Sequence record: SRR31156797_5453
DNA: 64,000 nucleotides
Strand: one strand, 5' to 3'
Shown here one piece after another: positions 38,965 to 54,348 of the stretch (position 1 is its first letter; each line of letters starts with the position of its first letter). Below the pieces are notes generated by a model. It saw only the letters and a list, made by a program, of their open reading frames with translations, was not told the origin of the DNA and searched no databases. The translations under genes were made by a program, and so were the position numbers.

Positions 38965-39186
38965 AAGAGTGATCACAAGCAAAGAAGACATTCGCTGCAT
39001 TTGAAACGAAAAAACGGAAAGAGATGATTTGAAAGGACGGATGCAAGCGGCATTCGTCTTTTTCTCGTTCATTAGACGTGATGGAAGATAAAAGTAGGGA
39101 TTCTTGTTATAATAATCAAGGAAGCAAGCAAAAGTCTATTTTCTTTCTTTTGATAATCAAGTATACTTAACCAATTGAGGTGATCT

Positions 39187-39600
39187 TTGTCAATGGAGCT
39201 ACAACTAACTAGGAGGACTGGTTTTTATGGAATGGGCAGTCCCTTAGAGGTCATGCAAGGGAAAAAAAGAATCGCTGCCATCAATCATCAGCAAACGATT
39301 TTTTTAGAGTTAGCTGAGCAGACACCGATTCGTGTGCGCATGTTTTTTTTAGAAAGTCAGCCTTTTCAGCTACCACAAGGCCAATCAGCGCTCAAGCTGG
39401 AGATCGTGATGAATCTTACGCTTAAAAGATTATATATCGGCTTTTATTTAAGCCTTTTTCTCATGATGGGGGTATTGGGCTTATTCTCTATCTCCCTTTA
39501 CTCGTTGCTTTTTGTCGGGGTGTATTTGGTGGCATATTTTGTCTTTGTTTTGATTTATTTGAAAAAAGCGTATCTTATCAAGGAGGTTCCTCATGGCTAG
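39187..39600 (+). CDS. Hypothetical membrane protein
   Basis: GAGGTG RBS; two C-terminal TMs; overlaps the next gene. Confidence 0.7.
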   Translation: MSMELQLTRRTGFYGMGSPLEVMQGKKRIAAINHQQTIFLELAEQTPIRVRMFFLESQPFQLPQGQSALKLEIVMNLTLKRLYIGFYLSLFLMMGVLGLFSISLYSLLFVGVYLVAYFVFVLIYLKKAYLIKEVPHG

Positions 39601-40300
39601 TGGTGCAGATCAATTTTTGAGTAGTTTTAATCGAATCGAAAAGCGGCTTCGTGACGAATTGGATAATCCACGGAATATGGGTTTTTCTGAAATGGTTCGT
39701 CGCTTGTCAAAAAGCAAAAATATCAATGTCAGAAGAGCAGAAGATGATCTATTACAAATGGCTCAGCTGCGCAATGCCATCGTACATGAAAAAATCGGAG
39801 AAAACTTTGTCATTGCTGAACCGAATGAATGGGTCGTCAATCGCATTCAAGAAATTGAACGCTCTTTACTGGCACCTGAAAAAGTCATGCCGCGTTTTGC
39901 GAAACGAGTGACTGGTTTTGAAAAGCACCTGCCATTACCAGAGTTATTGAAAATCGTTGCCCAAAAGCGCTATTCACAATTTCCGATCTATGATAATGGT
40001 CGATTTTTGGGCTTGATCACTTTGCGGATGCTGGGATACTGGTTAGCGAAAGAAAGCCTCCATGGTGAAATCAAGTTGACAGGCAGAACGGCAGATGAAT
40101 TATTAGCAGGAGATGGGAAACGATCAAATTATTGTTTCGTGTCGGCTGAAACGACCATCGTAGAAGTGGAAGAATTGTTTCAAAAAAATGCCCTGCTTGA
40201 GGCGGTTTTGATCACCAAGGATAAAAATCCGAATGGAAATCTCTTGGGCATCATCCGTCCGCGAGATATTTTTAAAGAAGAAAGAGTGGAAAATTTATGA
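39593..40300 (+). CDS. CBS-domain protein
   Basis: LRNAIVH N-terminal motif; YSQFPIYD..FLGLIT and LLGIIRPRDI CBS pair. Confidence 0.85.
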   Translation: MASGADQFLSSFNRIEKRLRDELDNPRNMGFSEMVRRLSKSKNINVRRAEDDLLQMAQLRNAIVHEKIGENFVIAEPNEWVVNRIQEIERSLLAPEKVMPRFAKRVTGFEKHLPLPELLKIVAQKRYSQFPIYDNGRFLGLITLRMLGYWLAKESLHGEIKLTGRTADELLAGDGKRSNYCFVSAETTIVEVEELFQKNALLEAVLITKDKNPNGNLLGIIRPRDIFKEERVENL

Positions 40301-40782
40301 TCGCGTTGTTTTTTTTGTTAAGTGCTGTTGTCATTGGCTTGGATCAATGGCTGAAAATTTGGATCGTTGCCAATTATCAACTAGGTGAAACACATTCTCT
40401 GATCGACAATGTGTTGTCCCTGACCTATCTTCAGAATACCGGTGCAGCTTGGAGTATTCTAGAAGGAAAAATCACTTTTTTTGCGATCATCACCGTTATC
40501 GCGGTTGCCGTCGTTGTTTACCTATTGTTTCGTTACCAAAAAAGCAGTTTGTGGTTTCGCTTTGGATTGGCATTTGTTCTAGGTGGCGCTATCGGAAACT
40601 TCATCGATCGCTTGCAGCATGGCTTTGTGGTGGACATGTTCCAGCTTGATTTTATCAATTTCCCAATATTCAATATCGCTGATATGTCATTAGTGTTTGG
40701 GGTAATCTTGATTTTTATTTATGCACTGGTAGATGATGTAGCAAAAGGGAAACAAGGAGAATCAAATGGAAAAGCAAATTGA
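40297..40782 (+). CDS. lspA: Lipoprotein signal peptidase II
   Basis: DQWLK, NTGAAWS, GGAIGNFIDR, VVDMF, FNIAD. Confidence 0.96.
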   Translation: MIALFFLLSAVVIGLDQWLKIWIVANYQLGETHSLIDNVLSLTYLQNTGAAWSILEGKITFFAIITVIAVAVVVYLLFRYQKSSLWFRFGLAFVLGGAIGNFIDRLQHGFVVDMFQLDFINFPIFNIADMSLVFGVILIFIYALVDDVAKGKQGESNGKAN

Positions 40783-41674
40783 AGTAATCATTAAAGAAGA
40801 AAAAGGGCGGGTCGACAAAGTGTTGGCTGAACGCTTGCCTGACCATAGCCGTTCACAAGTCCAACAATGGCTGAAAGAAGATGCCGTTACTTTAGAAGGT
40901 GAGACGGTTCGGGCTAATTATAAAGTAAAAGCAGGCGATCACTTGGTCATCCAAGTGCCAGAGCCGGAAGTAGTAGATTTAGAGCCAGAAAATATTCCTT
41001 TGACGATCGTCTATCAAGATGCTGATGTGGCAGTCATCAACAAGCCGCAAGGGATGGTGGTTCATCCATCCGCTGGTCATCCGAGTGGCACTTTAGTCAA
41101 CGCATTGTTGTACCATATGGAGGACCTATCGACGATCAACGATGTTGTTCGGCCGGGCATCGTTCATCGAATCGACAAAGATACGTCGGGTCTGTTAATG
41201 ATTGCCAAAAATGATCAGGCGCATGAGTCGTTAGCGAAACAATTGAAAGACAAAGCCTCGTTACGCAAGTATGTGGCATTGGTCCATGGCAATATCAGCC
41301 ACGAAAAAGGCACGATCAATGCACCGATCGGCCGCTCGAAAGTCAATCGTAAAATGCAGGCGGTGATTGAGAACGGCAAACCCGCAGTGACGCATTTCAC
41401 CGTGTTGGAACGCTTTGATCAATTTACCTTGGTGGAATTGCAATTGGAAACTGGACGAACCCACCAAATTAGAGTGCATATGCAATATATCGGGTTTCCG
41501 TTAGCCGGTGACCCAATCTACGGACCAAAGCGCACCTTAAAAGGCAACGGCCAGTTTTTACATGCCAAACTTTTAGGTTTCACACATCCCACAACGGGTG
41601 AGTCAATGGTCTTTGAAGCCCCATTACCAGAACTATTTGAGGACACCCTAAAAAAATTGCGAAAAAATGATTGA
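40766..41674 (+). CDS. rluD: RluA/RluD family pseudouridine synthase
   Basis: S4-like N-terminus, NKPQGMVVHP, HRIDKDTSG, TGRTHQIRVH. Confidence 0.93.
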   Translation: MEKQIEVIIKEEKGRVDKVLAERLPDHSRSQVQQWLKEDAVTLEGETVRANYKVKAGDHLVIQVPEPEVVDLEPENIPLTIVYQDADVAVINKPQGMVVHPSAGHPSGTLVNALLYHMEDLSTINDVVRPGIVHRIDKDTSGLLMIAKNDQAHESLAKQLKDKASLRKYVALVHGNISHEKGTINAPIGRSKVNRKMQAVIENGKPAVTHFTVLERFDQFTLVELQLETGRTHQIRVHMQYIGFPLAGDPIYGPKRTLKGNGQFLHAKLLGFTHPTTGESMVFEAPLPELFEDTLKKLRKND

Positions 41675-41699
41675 TTTTTTTGTGTGAGAACTGTATAGT
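41671..41699 (+). promoter_or_regulatory. Candidate sigmaA promoter of the pyr operon
   Basis: TTGATT-17 nt-TATAGT. Confidence 0.65.
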
Positions 41700-41717
41700 A
41701 ATTGTAACAACTAAATA

Positions 41718-41890
41718 GCTCCTTTAAATGTAGTCCCGTGAGGCTAAGAAGGAATGAGTAAGCAGACGACTCCCGCGTTGGAGATTCGAACCCTTACTAG
41801 ATGATAACGTGTACCCAAAATCCACAGAATGGGATTTTAGGCAACGATCGGAAAACATGACTCCTACCTCAAGCAGGTAGGAGTTTTTTT
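41718..41890 (+). promoter_or_regulatory. PyrR-binding attenuator leader
   Basis: CCTTTAA...AGTCCCGTGAGGCT binding loop at 41721-41745; terminator ACTCCTACCT-caagc-AGGTAGGAGT with T run at 41860-41890. Confidence 0.9.
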
Positions 41891-41914
41891 ATGTTCAAAA
41901 TTAGGAGGGAATAA

Positions 41915-42454
<540 letters not shown>

Positions 42455-42473
42455 GAAGAAGAGTGACAGCAAC

Positions 42474-43754
42474 ATGCAGAAGCAAGAATTTCGTAATCCA
42501 GACGCAGTTTTAGACATCAAAGATCGGCCCAAAGCACTGCCGTGGTTAGGCCTAAGCTTACAACATCTTTTCACGATGTTTGGGGCAACCGTTTTAGTTC
42601 CGATCCTCGTTGGGATCAACCCCAGCATCGCTTTAGTTAGTTCAGGTATTGGAACATTGGTTTACTTGGTTACGACGAAAGGGAAGATTCCAGCGTATCT
42701 AGGCAGTAGCTTTGCGTTTATCGCGGCGATGCAGATGCTGATGAAATCTGACGGCTACCCAGCTATCGCACAAGGCGCCATCACGACTGGGTTGGTCTAC
42801 GTGATCGTTTCGATGATCATTAAACGTGCAGGTGCTGCTTGGTTGGATAAGATCTTACCACCGATCATTGTCGGTCCTGTGATTATGGTGATTGGATTAG
42901 GGTTAGCTGCTAACGCAGCTCAGAATGCGATGTACAATGACTCAGTCTACGATTTCAAGTACATTCTGGTAGCGTTGGCTACCTTAGGATTAACGATTTT
43001 CTTCAATATGTTTCTGCGAGGGTTCTTAGGACTGATTCCGATCCTTCTGGGGATCGTGGGCGGATACTTGATCGCCTTAGCAGCGGGAATCGTCGATGTA
43101 CAGCCCATCATTGACGCCAACTGGTTTGGCATGCCGAGCTTCGAGATTCCCTTCATTAACTATGAACCAAAACTGTATCTGAATGCGATCACGACGATGG
43201 CGCCGATCGCTTTTGTTACCATGACCGAACACATCGGTCATCTGATGGTCTTGAACAAATTAACCAAGCGAAACTTTTTTGAAGAGCCAGGCTTGAACCG
43301 AACACTTTTGGGCGATGGTTTTGCTCAAATCGCAGCCGGTCTCGTTGGGGGCCCCCCAGTGACAAGTTACGGAGAAAACATCGGGGTTTTAGCAATTACA
43401 CGGGTCCACAGTGTGTTCGTCATCGGTGGTGCGGCAATTCTAGCCATCGTACTAGGCTTCGTTGGAAAACTAAGCGCATTGATCTTAAGTATTCCTGGTC
43501 CAGTCATCTCAGGGATCAGCTTTCTGCTCTTTGGCGTCATCGCTGCCAGCGGGTTGAAAATTTTGATCGACAATAAAATCGATTTTGATCGTAAGAAGAA
43601 TTTGATCATTGCGTCAGTGATCCTTGTGGTAGGAATCGGCGGGCTTGTCTTCACGGTCGGGACCTTCACCTTATCCGCAATGGCGTTAGCAACTGTCCTA
43701 GGAATCTTCTTGAATCTTATTTTACCTGACAGCTCCCGCAGCGAAGAAAAATAA
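42474..43754 (+). CDS. pyrP: Uracil permease (NCS2 family)
   Basis: [31 protein letters not shown]. Confidence 0.95.
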   Translation: MQKQEFRNPDAVLDIKDRPKALPWLGLSLQHLFTMFGATVLVPILVGINPSIALVSSGIGTLVYLVTTKGKIPAYLGSSFAFIAAMQMLMKSDGYPAIAQGAITTGLVYVIVSMIIKRAGAAWLDKILPPIIVGPVIMVIGLGLAANAAQNAMYNDSVYDFKYILVALATLGLTIFFNMFLRGFLGLIPILLGIVGGYLIALAAGIVDVQPIIDANWFGMPSFEIPFINYEPKLYLNAITTMAPIAFVTMTEHIGHLMVLNKLTKRNFFEEPGLNRTLLGDGFAQIAAGLVGGPPVTSYGENIGVLAITRVHSVFVIGGAAILAIVLGFVGKLSALILSIPGPVISGISFLLFGVIAASGLKILIDNKIDFDRKKNLIIASVILVVGIGGLVFTVGTFTLSAMALATVLGIFLNLILPDSSRSEEK

Positions 43755-43801
43755 CTTGTGCCAACTCATCGTTTAAACAGAATCAAAGGAGGAATTCATT
43801 C

Positions 43802-44728
43802 ATGATTATTCAATCCGAAAGAATCAGCTTAAAGCATCTTTTGACGGTCGAAGCATTGACGGACCGTGAAGTGATGGGACTCATCCGCAGAGGACAAGAA
43901 TTCAAAAGAGGGGCGAAATGGATGCCCCAAAAAGAACAATATTTCGCAACAAATCTCTTTTTTGAGAACAGTACCAGAACCCACAAAAGCTTCGATGTTG
44001 CTGAGAAAAAACTAGGGATCGAAGTCATCGAATTTGAAGCCTCCACCAGTTCTGTTCAAAAAGGCGAGACCTTGTATGACACGGTCTTGACGATGTCGGC
44101 TTTAGGTGTAGACGTTGCGGTCATTCGCCACGGCGATGAAAACTACTACGACTCTTTGATCCAAAGCAAAACGATCCAGTGCAGTATCATCAATGGCGGG
44201 GACGGCAGCGGCCAACACCCGACGCAATGTTTGCTAGATCTGATGACGATCTATGAAGAGTTCGGGCACTTTGACGACTTGAAAGTCGCAATCGTAGGCG
44301 ACATCACCCACTCACGGGTCGCAAAATCAAACATGCAAATGTTGAAGCGTCTCGGAGCGAAAGTCTTCTTCTCAGGTCCAATGGAATGGTATGACGAAGA
44401 ATTTGAAGTATACGGTCACTGGATGCCACTCGACGAATTGGTCGCAGAAGTCGATGTCATGATGATGCTTCGTGTCCAGCACGAGCGCCATGATGGAACG
44501 GAAAGCTTTTCAAAAGAAGAATACTTAAAAAATCACGGGTTGACCGTCGAACGCGCCGCAAGAATGAAAGAGCATGCGATCATTATGCACCCAGCACCAG
44601 TCAATCGCGATGTGGAGTTAGCTGATGCCTTAGTTGAAAGCTTACGCTCGCGCATCATCACCCAGATGTCCAATGGCGTCTTTGTTCGAATGGCAATTCT
44701 TGAAGCGGTGTTGAACGGTAAGGCCTAA
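43802..44728 (+). CDS. pyrB: Aspartate carbamoyltransferase
   Basis: [32 protein letters not shown]. Confidence 0.97.
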   Translation: MIIQSERISLKHLLTVEALTDREVMGLIRRGQEFKRGAKWMPQKEQYFATNLFFENSTRTHKSFDVAEKKLGIEVIEFEASTSSVQKGETLYDTVLTMSALGVDVAVIRHGDENYYDSLIQSKTIQCSIINGGDGSGQHPTQCLLDLMTIYEEFGHFDDLKVAIVGDITHSRVAKSNMQMLKRLGAKVFFSGPMEWYDEEFEVYGHWMPLDELVAEVDVMMMLRVQHERHDGTESFSKEEYLKNHGLTVERAARMKEHAIIMHPAPVNRDVELADALVESLRSRIITQMSNGVFVRMAILEAVLNGKA

Positions 44729-44764
44729 CAGGCAAAAAGGAATGAATTAGAGGAGGAAGTTTAC

Positions 44765-46048
44765 ATGAAAACACTCATTAAAAACGGTAAAATCATCAAA
44801 AAAGATAATCACTGTGTTCCTGCAGCAATTTGGATCGAAGACGGAATCATTCGCGGGATCGGTACAGAATTTCCCGAAACAGATTTTGACGAAGTCATCG
44901 ATGCCAAAGAGCAATTGATCACACCAGGTTTAGTGGATGTTCATGTACACTTCAGAGAACCGGGCTTTGAATACAAAGAAACAATCGAAACGGGCAGCAT
45001 GGCAGCCGCTCGTGGCGGGTTTACGACAGTTTGCGCAATGCCAAACCTTGACCCAGTTCCTGATACACCAGAAAAATTAGCAGCTGTTTACGAAAAAATC
45101 AACGCAGATGCATCAATCAATGTCTTACAATACGCCCCGATCACCGAAAACTTGCGCAGCGAAACGTTGACAGATGCAGCTGGAATGAAAGCCGCGGGGG
45201 CATTTGCCTTAACAAATGACGGTGTCGGGGTTCAGACTGCTGGCACAATGTATTTGGCAATGAAGCAAGCCGCCGAAAATGACTTGGCATTGGTTGCCCA
45301 TACAGAAGATGATTCCTTACTCTTTGGCGGCGTGATGCATGCTGGTAAAAAAGCGGAAGAACTTGGATTGCCAGGGATCTTGAGTGTAACAGAAGCTTCT
45401 CAAATCGCTCGGGATGTGCTTTTGGCGGAAGCAACAGGAGCCCATTACCATGTCTGCCATGTCTCTACGAAAGAAAGTGTTCGAGTGATTCGAGATGCCA
45501 AAAAAGCTGGGATCCATGTGACAGCCGAAGTTTCTCCCCACCATTTGCTTCTCATCGATGAAGATATTCCTGCCGATGAAGGCTTTTGGAAAATGAACCC
45601 ACCGTTACGTGGGCAACAAGACCGTGAAGCGTTGATCGAAGGTCTGCTGGATGGCACGATCGATTGTATCGCGACGGATCATGCCCCACATGGCTATGAA
45701 GAAAAAATGCAAAGCTTTTTAAAAGCACCATTTGGCATCGTCGGATCAGAATATGCCTTCCAATTGTTGTACACTCATTTTGTCAAAACAGGACGCTTTA
45801 CCTTGCAGCAACTAGTGGATTGGATGACCGTGAAACCAGCATCGCTCTTTGGTCTAAGCGCCGGAACGATGATGGTCGGAGACAAAGCCGATCTCGCGAT
45901 TTTTGACTTAGAATCAGCTTATAACGTGGATCCTAAGCAATTTCTATCAAAAGGAGTCAATACGCCTTTCGGTGGATGGACGTTATATGGGGATACAAGT
46001 TATACATTTGTAAATGGAAAATTAGTATGGCAAAAAGGTGGGCAATAA
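44765..46048 (+). CDS. pyrC: Dihydroorotase
   Basis: [24 protein letters not shown]. Confidence 0.97.
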   Translation: MKTLIKNGKIIKKDNHCVPAAIWIEDGIIRGIGTEFPETDFDEVIDAKEQLITPGLVDVHVHFREPGFEYKETIETGSMAAARGGFTTVCAMPNLDPVPDTPEKLAAVYEKINADASINVLQYAPITENLRSETLTDAAGMKAAGAFALTNDGVGVQTAGTMYLAMKQAAENDLALVAHTEDDSLLFGGVMHAGKKAEELGLPGILSVTEASQIARDVLLAEATGAHYHVCHVSTKESVRVIRDAKKAGIHVTAEVSPHHLLLIDEDIPADEGFWKMNPPLRGQQDREALIEGLLDGTIDCIATDHAPHGYEEKMQSFLKAPFGIVGSEYAFQLLYTHFVKTGRFTLQQLVDWMTVKPASLFGLSAGTMMVGDKADLAIFDLESAYNVDPKQFLSKGVNTPFGGWTLYGDTSYTFVNGKLVWQKGGQ

Positions 46049-46049
46049 T

Positions 46050-47129
46050 ATGAAACGTTGGCTTATTTTAGAAGATGGAACATACTTTGAAGGCGAAGGG
46101 TTTGGTGCCAGTATCAATGTTTTTGGTGAGATTGTTTTTACCACCAGCATGACGGGCTATCAAGAAGCCATTACGGATCAAAGCTTTAACGGACAAATCA
46201 TTACGTTTACGTATCCGATGGTTGGCAATTACGGCGTCAACCGAGACGACTACGAATCAATTTCACCGACTTGTAAAGGGGTCGTTGTGAAAGAACACGC
46301 GCGTCTAGCGAGCAATTGGCGGAAACAGCTGACGTTAGATGAATTTTTAAAACGCAAAAATATTCCAGGGATCGCAGGAATCGATACACGCGCGCTGACA
46401 AGAAAGATCCGTCAACATGGGACCATGAAAGCGAGTATCGTTGATGCAGGAGATGTCTTTGACCATGCCTTTGATCAATTAAAAGCGGCGGTTTTACCAA
46501 CCAATCAAGTGGCACAAGTTTCTACCTCAAAACCTTATCCAAGTCCTGGAACGGGTCGCAATATCGTGGTCATCGACTTCGGCTTGAAGCACAGTATTTT
46601 ACGGGAGTTGTCACGCCGCAACTGCAATTTAACGATTTTGCCATACAATACGACAGCGCAAGAAATTTTAGACCTCGCACCAGATGGTGTAATGCTGACA
46701 AATGGACCGGGTGATCCTAAAAGCTTGCCAGAAGCAATTAAAATGATACAAGGGATTCAAGGCAAGGTACCGATCTTCGGGATTTGTTTAGGCCATCAGC
46801 TCTTCTCATTAGCGAATGGAGCAAATACCTATAAAATGAAGTTCGGTCACCGCGGACTAAATCATCCGGTAAGAGAGATCGCCACTGGTCGGATCGATTT
46901 TACCTCACAAAACCATGGCTTTGCTGTGGATGAAGCATCCATCGATCCAGAAAAACTAATGGTGACCCACGTCGAAGTAAACGATGGCACGATCGAAGGG
47001 GTTCGTCATCGCCGTTACCCAGCATTCAGTGTCCAGTACCACCCAGATGCGGCACCAGGCCCGCACGATGCAGTCCACTTATTTGACGAATTTTTAGAGA
47101 TGATCGATGCATGGAAGGAGCAGAACTAA
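46050..47129 (+). CDS. carA: Carbamoyl-phosphate synthase small subunit
   Basis: [32 protein letters not shown]. Confidence 0.97.
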   Translation: MKRWLILEDGTYFEGEGFGASINVFGEIVFTTSMTGYQEAITDQSFNGQIITFTYPMVGNYGVNRDDYESISPTCKGVVVKEHARLASNWRKQLTLDEFLKRKNIPGIAGIDTRALTRKIRQHGTMKASIVDAGDVFDHAFDQLKAAVLPTNQVAQVSTSKPYPSPGTGRNIVVIDFGLKHSILRELSRRNCNLTILPYNTTAQEILDLAPDGVMLTNGPGDPKSLPEAIKMIQGIQGKVPIFGICLGHQLFSLANGANTYKMKFGHRGLNHPVREIATGRIDFTSQNHGFAVDEASIDPEKLMVTHVEVNDGTIEGVRHRRYPAFSVQYHPDAAPGPHDAVHLFDEFLEMIDAWKEQN

Positions 47130-47130
47130 T

Positions 47131-50100
47131 ATGCCAAAACGTACAGATATCAAGAAAATCATGGTTATCGGTTCTGGACCGATTATTATAGGACAAGCGG
47201 CAGAGTTTGATTATGCCGGTACACAAGCTTGTTTAGCTTTACGAGAAGAAGGCTACGAAGTGGTGTTAGTCAATTCGAATCCCGCAACGATCATGACGGA
47301 CAAAGAAATTGCTGACAAAGTCTACATTGAACCAATCACATTTGAGTTCGTCTCACGGATTTTACGTAAAGAACAGCCTGATGCAATTTTACCGACATTA
47401 GGCGGACAAACGGGCTTGAATATGGCGATGGAATTAGCCAACTCAGGTATTTTGGATGAATTAGGAATTGAGTTGCTAGGAACCAAATTAGCAGCAATCG
47501 ACCAGGCAGAAGACAGAGATTTATTCAAACAATTAATGGAAGAATTGGATCAACCGATCCCAGAATCAGAAATCGTGTCAACGGTGGAAGCAGCAGTTGA
47601 ATTTGCGAAAAAAATCGGCTTTCCAATCATTGTTCGTCCAGCATTTACGCTAGGGGGAACGGGCGGCGGCATGTGTAACAATGAAGAAGAACTTCGCCAA
47701 ATCGCTGAAAACGGCTTGAAGCTCTCGCCAGTGACCCAATGCTTGATTGAACGGAGTATTGCTGGATATAAAGAGATTGAATATGAAGTGATGCGAGATT
47801 CTGCTGACAACGCGATCGTCGTTTGTAATATGGAAAACTTCGATCCAGTCGGTATCCACACCGGCGATTCCATCGTCTTTGCGCCGAGCCAAACTTTGTC
47901 AGACCATGAATACCAAATGTTACGGGATGCCTCATTAAAAATCATCCGCGCGTTAAAAATCGAAGGTGGCTGTAACGTTCAATTGGCGCTTGATCCTCAT
48001 AGCTTCAACTACTATGTCATTGAAGTAAATCCACGGGTCTCACGTTCCTCTGCGTTAGCAAGTAAAGCTACAGGGTACCCGATTGCCAAACTGGCAGCGA
48101 AAATTGCCGTCGGTTTAACATTGGATGAAATGAAAAATCCAGTCACAGAAACGACGTATGCAGAATTTGAACCCGCCCTTGACTATGTCGTCGCAAAAAT
48201 TCCTCGCTGGCCGTTTGACAAGTTTGAAACTGGGGAACGTCGATTAGGAACACAAATGAAAGCGACTGGTGAAGTGATGGCGATCGGTCGTAATATTGAA
48301 GAGTCATTATTAAAAGCCGTTCGCTCATTGGAGATCGGCACACACCATATCGAAATGAAAGAATTAGAAGCTCTTTCTGACAATGATCTGATGGAGAAGG
48401 TCATCAAGGCCCAAGATGATCGCCTGTTCTACGTCATGGAAGCCATCCGAAGAGGGTATACTATCGAAGATTTGAATGAAATGACGAAAATCGATTTATT
48501 CTTCTTAGATAAAATGCTTCACATCTTTGAGATCGAACAAGCATTAGCAAACGATCCACATTCCCTTGATGTGTTGAAAAAAGCCAAGCAAAACGGCTTT
48601 ACGGATAAAAAGATCGCTGAGCTGTGGGAAACCACGGAAGCTGAGATCCGCACGCTGCGTCATGAGCAAAAGATTTTGCCCGTCTACAAAATGGTAGATA
48701 CATGTGCCGCAGAATTTGAATCAGCAACACCTTATTTCTACAGCACCTATGAGTTTGAGAATGAAAGCAAGCGCAGTGAAAAAGAATCTGTTCTTGTCCT
48801 AGGTTCTGGACCGATCCGAATCGGACAAGGGGTGGAGTTCGACTATGCAACAGTGCACTCGGTGAAAGCGATCCAAGCTGCTGGCTATGAAGCGATCATC
48901 ATGAACAGTAATCCTGAAACGGTTTCGACTGATTTTTCTATCTCCGACAAGCTGTATTTTGAACCGTTGACCTTAGAAGATGTCTTGCATGTGATTGATT
49001 TGGAACAGCCAATTGGGGTCATCGTCCAATTTGGCGGGCAAACGGCGATCAATTTAGCCGAACCTTTGGTGAAAGCCGGAGTCAAAATCCTAGGCACCAG
49101 CATTGAAGATCTTGATCGTGCCGAAAACCGCGATCTCTTTGAGCAAGCATTACAAGCATTAGATATTCCGCAACCACCAGGCGACACGGCGACGAACGAA
49201 CAAGAAGCGATCGCCATCGCACAAAAAATCGGCTATCCTGTTTTAGTCCGCCCAAGTTATGTCTTAGGGGGACGTGCGATGGAAATCGTGGAAAACCAAG
49301 CCGATTTAGAAGATTATATGCGTCATGCAGTGAAAGCATCACCAGAACATCCTGTCTTGGTCGATCGTTACTTGGTTGGTAAAGAATGTGAAGTCGATGC
49401 TATCTGTGACGGCAAAACTGTTTTGATTCCTGGAATCATGGAACATATCGAGCGTGCAGGGGTCCATTCAGGAGATTCAATGGCGGTCTATCCACCGCAA
49501 AATCTTTCGGATGAACTAATTGCTACGATCGAAGAATATACCAAACGCTTGGCATTAGGTTTAAATTGTATCGGTATGATGAATATCCAATTTGTCATCC
49601 ATGAGAACAAAGTGTATGTCATTGAAGTAAATCCTCGTGCTAGCCGAACCGTGCCATTTTTAAGCAAGGTAACAGAGATCCCAATGGCACAAATTGCCAC
49701 GAAGGCGATTCTCGGGGAAGAGATCACAGCGTTAGGTTATCAAGACGGACTTGCTCCAACACCAAATGAAGTACACATCAAAGCACCTGTCTTCTCCTTT
49801 ACAAAACTTTTAAAAGTCGATACTTACTTAGGCCCTGAAATGAAATCAACGGGTGAAGTAATGGGATCAGATAAAGATTTGGCAAAAGCACTTTATAAAG
49901 CTTTTGAGGCATCAGGCCTGCATATTCCTGAATTTGGAAAAGCACTTTTCACCGTTGCAGACGAAAGCAAAGAAGAGGTAGCAGCACTGGCGGCGCGTTT
50001 CGTAGAGGTCGGGTTCACCTTAATGGCTACCAATGGAACCGCTGATTACTTTGAAGAAAAAGGCCTGCAAGTGACACGAGTTGCTAAAATCTCTGATCAA

Positions 50101-50316
50101 CAAGCAGAAGAAACGGTTGTTGATTTGATCCGTAAAGGAACGACCCAAGTAGTAGTCAATACCATGGACAAAGATCGCCAAAATGCAACGGAAGACGGAT
50201 TTATCATTCGCCGAGAAGCGGTGGAACATGGTGTACCGACCTTTACTTCTCTTGATACAGCGGATGCGATTCTAAAAGTGATGGAATCCCGCAGTTTTTC
50301 AACGAAAGCAATTTAA
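47131..50316 (+). CDS. carB: Carbamoyl-phosphate synthase large subunit
   Basis: [25 protein letters not shown], duplicated ATP-grasp halves, [10 protein letters not shown]. Confidence 0.98.
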   Translation: MPKRTDIKKIMVIGSGPIIIGQAAEFDYAGTQACLALREEGYEVVLVNSNPATIMTDKEIADKVYIEPITFEFVSRILRKEQPDAILPTLGGQTGLNMAMELANSGILDELGIELLGTKLAAIDQAEDRDLFKQLMEELDQPIPESEIVSTVEAAVEFAKKIGFPIIVRPAFTLGGTGGGMCNNEEELRQIAENGLKLSPVTQCLIERSIAGYKEIEYEVMRDSADNAIVVCNMENFDPVGIHTGDSIVFAPSQTLSDHEYQMLRDASLKIIRALKIEGGCNVQLALDPHSFNYYVIEVNPRVSRSSALASKATGYPIAKLAAKIAVGLTLDEMKNPVTETTYAEFEPALDYVVAKIPRWPFDKFETGERRLGTQMKATGEVMAIGRNIEESLLKAVRSLEIGTHHIEMKELEALSDNDLMEKVIKAQDDRLFYVMEAIRRGYTIEDLNEMTKIDLFFLDKMLHIFEIEQALANDPHSLDVLKKAKQNGFTDKKIAELWETTEAEIRTLRHEQKILPVYKMVDTCAAEFESATPYFYSTYEFENESKRSEKESVLVLGSGPIRIGQGVEFDYATVHSVKAIQAAGYEAIIMNSNPETVSTDFSISDKLYFEPLTLEDVLHVIDLEQPIGVIVQFGGQTAINLAEPLVKAGVKILGTSIEDLDRAENRDLFEQALQALDIPQPPGDTATNEQEAIAIAQKIGYPVLVRPSYVLGGRAMEIVENQADLEDYMRHAVKASPEHPVLVDRYLVGKECEVDAICDGKTVLIPGIMEHIERAGVHSGDSMAVYPPQNLSDELIATIEEYTKRLALGLNCIGMMNIQFVIHENKVYVIEVNPRASRTVPFLSKVTEIPMAQIATKAILGEEITALGYQDGLAPTPNEVHIKAPVFSFTKLLKVDTYLGPEMKSTGEVMGSDKDLAKALYKAFEASGLHIPEFGKALFTVADESKEEVAALAARFVEVGFTLMATNGTADYFEEKGLQVTRVAKISDQQAEETVVDLIRKGTTQVVVNTMDKDRQNATEDGFIIRREAVEHGVPTFTSLDTADAILKVMESRSFSTKAI

Positions 50317-50337
50317 CGCAGATAAAGGAGTTTTTTG

Positions 50338-52036
<1,699 letters not shown>

Positions 52037-52037
<1 letters not shown>

Positions 52038-52756
52038 TGAGTGAACGGCCAATTATTGCCTTAGATTTTCCTAACAAACAGGCTATTGAAACTTTTTTAG
52101 CGCAATTTCCTAAAGAGGAAAAGTTGTTTGTGAAAGTGGGAATGGAGATTTTCTACCAAGAAGGACCAGCGATCGTTACTTGGTTAAAAGACTGTGGTCA
52201 TGATATTTTTTTAGATTTAAAACTACATGATATTCCCAATACAGTAGGACGAGCAATGGAACGCTTAGCTTCTTTAGGTGTGGCTTTGACGAATGTTCAT
52301 GCAGCCGGTGGGATCGAAATGATGACTGCTGCTAAAAAAGGCCTGCAGCAAGGAACCCCCGCAGGGCACAAAGTTCCTGATTTGATTGCAGTTACCCAAT
52401 TGACCTCCACTAGTGAGGCACAAATGCATCATGATCAGCAGATCATGACGTCACTGCAAGAAAGTGTCATGCATTACGCCACTTGTGCCCAAAAAGCTGG
52501 GTTAGACGGTGTTGTTTGCTCCGCTCACGAAGCAAAGCAGATCAAACAAAGGACAACGGATGCCTTCATACGTTTGACGCCTGGTATCCGACCAGCTGGC
52601 AGTGAAGTTGGTGATCAAAAACGGATCATGACACCTGCACAAGCTCGTAAAGCAGGGGCTACCATGATCGTTGTGGGACGTCCAATCACCCAATCTAAGG
52701 CACCGTATGAAAGTTATCTGCAAATAAAACAAGAATGGAAGGAAGCTAGCCAATGA
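52037..52756 (+). CDS. pyrF: Orotidine-5'-phosphate decarboxylase
   Basis: [29 protein letters not shown]. Confidence 0.97.
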
Positions 52757-53388
52757 AAGAACAATCCAATCAAATCGCCAAAGATCTTTTAGACATCGAG
52801 GCGATTTTCTTACGACCGAATGAACCATTTACTTGGGCAAGCGGCATCAAAAGCCCTATTTACTGCGACAATCGAATTACTATGAGTTATCCACATGTAC
52901 GTCGCGCCATTGCGAAAGGCTTAGCTGCAGTCATCAAAACGACTTACCCAGAAGCAGAAGTGATTGCAGGGACCGCAACAGCTGGGATTCCCCATGCTGC
53001 ATGGGTCGCTGAATTGTTAGATTTGCCAATGGTTTATATTCGCAGCAAAGCAAAAGAACACGGTAAAGGCAATCAAATTGAAGGGCGTATTCAACCAAAT
53101 CAAAAAATGGTCGTCATTGAAGATTTATTGTCAACAGGTGGCAGTGTCTTAGAAGCTTGTGAAGCAGCCAAAAGAGAAGGAGCCGATGTATTAGGCGTCG
53201 CTGCGATCTTTACTTACGAGCTGCCTCAAGTCCAAGAAAATTTTGATCAAGCAGGTTTATCCTATGTGACTTTGACAAACTATACAGCGTTGATCGAGTC
53301 GGCTTTAGAAACGGGTGCTATTCAAGAATCTGATGTTGCCCTGTTACAAGAGTGGCGTAAAGATCCTGCTGCTTGGTTGAGTGAATAA
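52753..53388 (+). CDS. pyrE: Orotate phosphoribosyltransferase
   Basis: [29 protein letters not shown]. Confidence 0.97.
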   Translation: MKEQSNQIAKDLLDIEAIFLRPNEPFTWASGIKSPIYCDNRITMSYPHVRRAIAKGLAAVIKTTYPEAEVIAGTATAGIPHAAWVAELLDLPMVYIRSKAKEHGKGNQIEGRIQPNQKMVVIEDLLSTGGSVLEACEAAKREGADVLGVAAIFTYELPQVQENFDQAGLSYVTLTNYTALIESALETGAIQESDVALLQEWRKDPAAWLSE

Positions 53389-53533
53389 GGAATTGAAATA
53401 AGAAACGGATATGTGAGGGAATGACCAAGCATATTCGTTTTATTTTTACCTATTTTCTGATAGCATTGGGAGAAAGTTTTTTGATAGGAAGGGCTATACC
53501 TTGCTGTCAACTTGAATTAGGAGGCTGTTTTTT

Positions 53534-54223
53534 TTGAAAAGAAATATGGACGTTCCCTGGAGTTATTCCGGAGACAATGGACCTGAACATTGGCATACTT
53601 TGTGCGACTGGTATGCACAAGGTGCCGAATTTCCTTACCAATCCCCAATCGCTTTAGTCCACGATGAGACCGAAGAACCCATCGATCAGGACTTGGCTTT
53701 TCACTATAAACGAGAGCGGTTCACGGAAAAAGAATTCAAAAATACGATTCACTTCGTTCCATATAACAAAGAAAGTTATGTCACATTTAAAGGGATCAAT
53801 TACTATTTGACGGATATTCATTTCCACATGCCATCTGAACATATTATCGATGATGAACAGCAAGAATTAGAGTTTCATCTCGTCCATATGAATGAGGACG
53901 GAGAAAACTTGGTTGTGGGCATCTTATTCAAATTGACGGATAAGCTCAACTGGATCTGCAATCAGCAAGACGACAGCATCTGGGACTTTGAAAACCATAC
54001 GCAATGGTTTGATCCGACTATGTTCTTACCAGAACGCACCCACCATTTCCATTATGTGGGTTCGTTGACGACACCGCCAACCAAAGGGCCAATCAATTGG
54101 TTCGTCTTTGACTGGATCGGGGAGATGAGCCGCCGCTTCATTTTGGAATTCCGGGAAGAAGTGTTAGAAAACAATAATCGCCCATTACAAGACCGCAAAG
54201 ATCGGCCTATTTATTTCTATTAA
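53534..54223 (+). CDS. Alpha-class carbonic anhydrase without a signal peptide
   Basis: WSYSG..GPEHW, QSPI, HFH..SEH, EFHLVH, YVGSLTTPP, NNRPLQ; AGGAGG RBS with TTG start. Confidence 0.92.
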   Translation: MKRNMDVPWSYSGDNGPEHWHTLCDWYAQGAEFPYQSPIALVHDETEEPIDQDLAFHYKRERFTEKEFKNTIHFVPYNKESYVTFKGINYYLTDIHFHMPSEHIIDDEQQELEFHLVHMNEDGENLVVGILFKLTDKLNWICNQQDDSIWDFENHTQWFDPTMFLPERTHHFHYVGSLTTPPTKGPINWFVFDWIGEMSRRFILEFREEVLENNNRPLQDRKDRPIYFY

Positions 54224-54348
54224 TTTATAAAAATAGATCCTTTTACGTAGTGTTTATCACTGACTTCATTTGATGGTCAGTATAGAAACCACTTCGTAAG
54301 GGTAATCTTTAAAAATGATGTTAGAATTTTTAGAATGTCATTGACTAG

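Noticed and set aside
41780-41800. GGGTTCGAATCTC on the minus strand resembling a tRNA T-arm
   Set aside because: No acceptor, D or anticodon arms can be built; it lies inside the PyrR leader.
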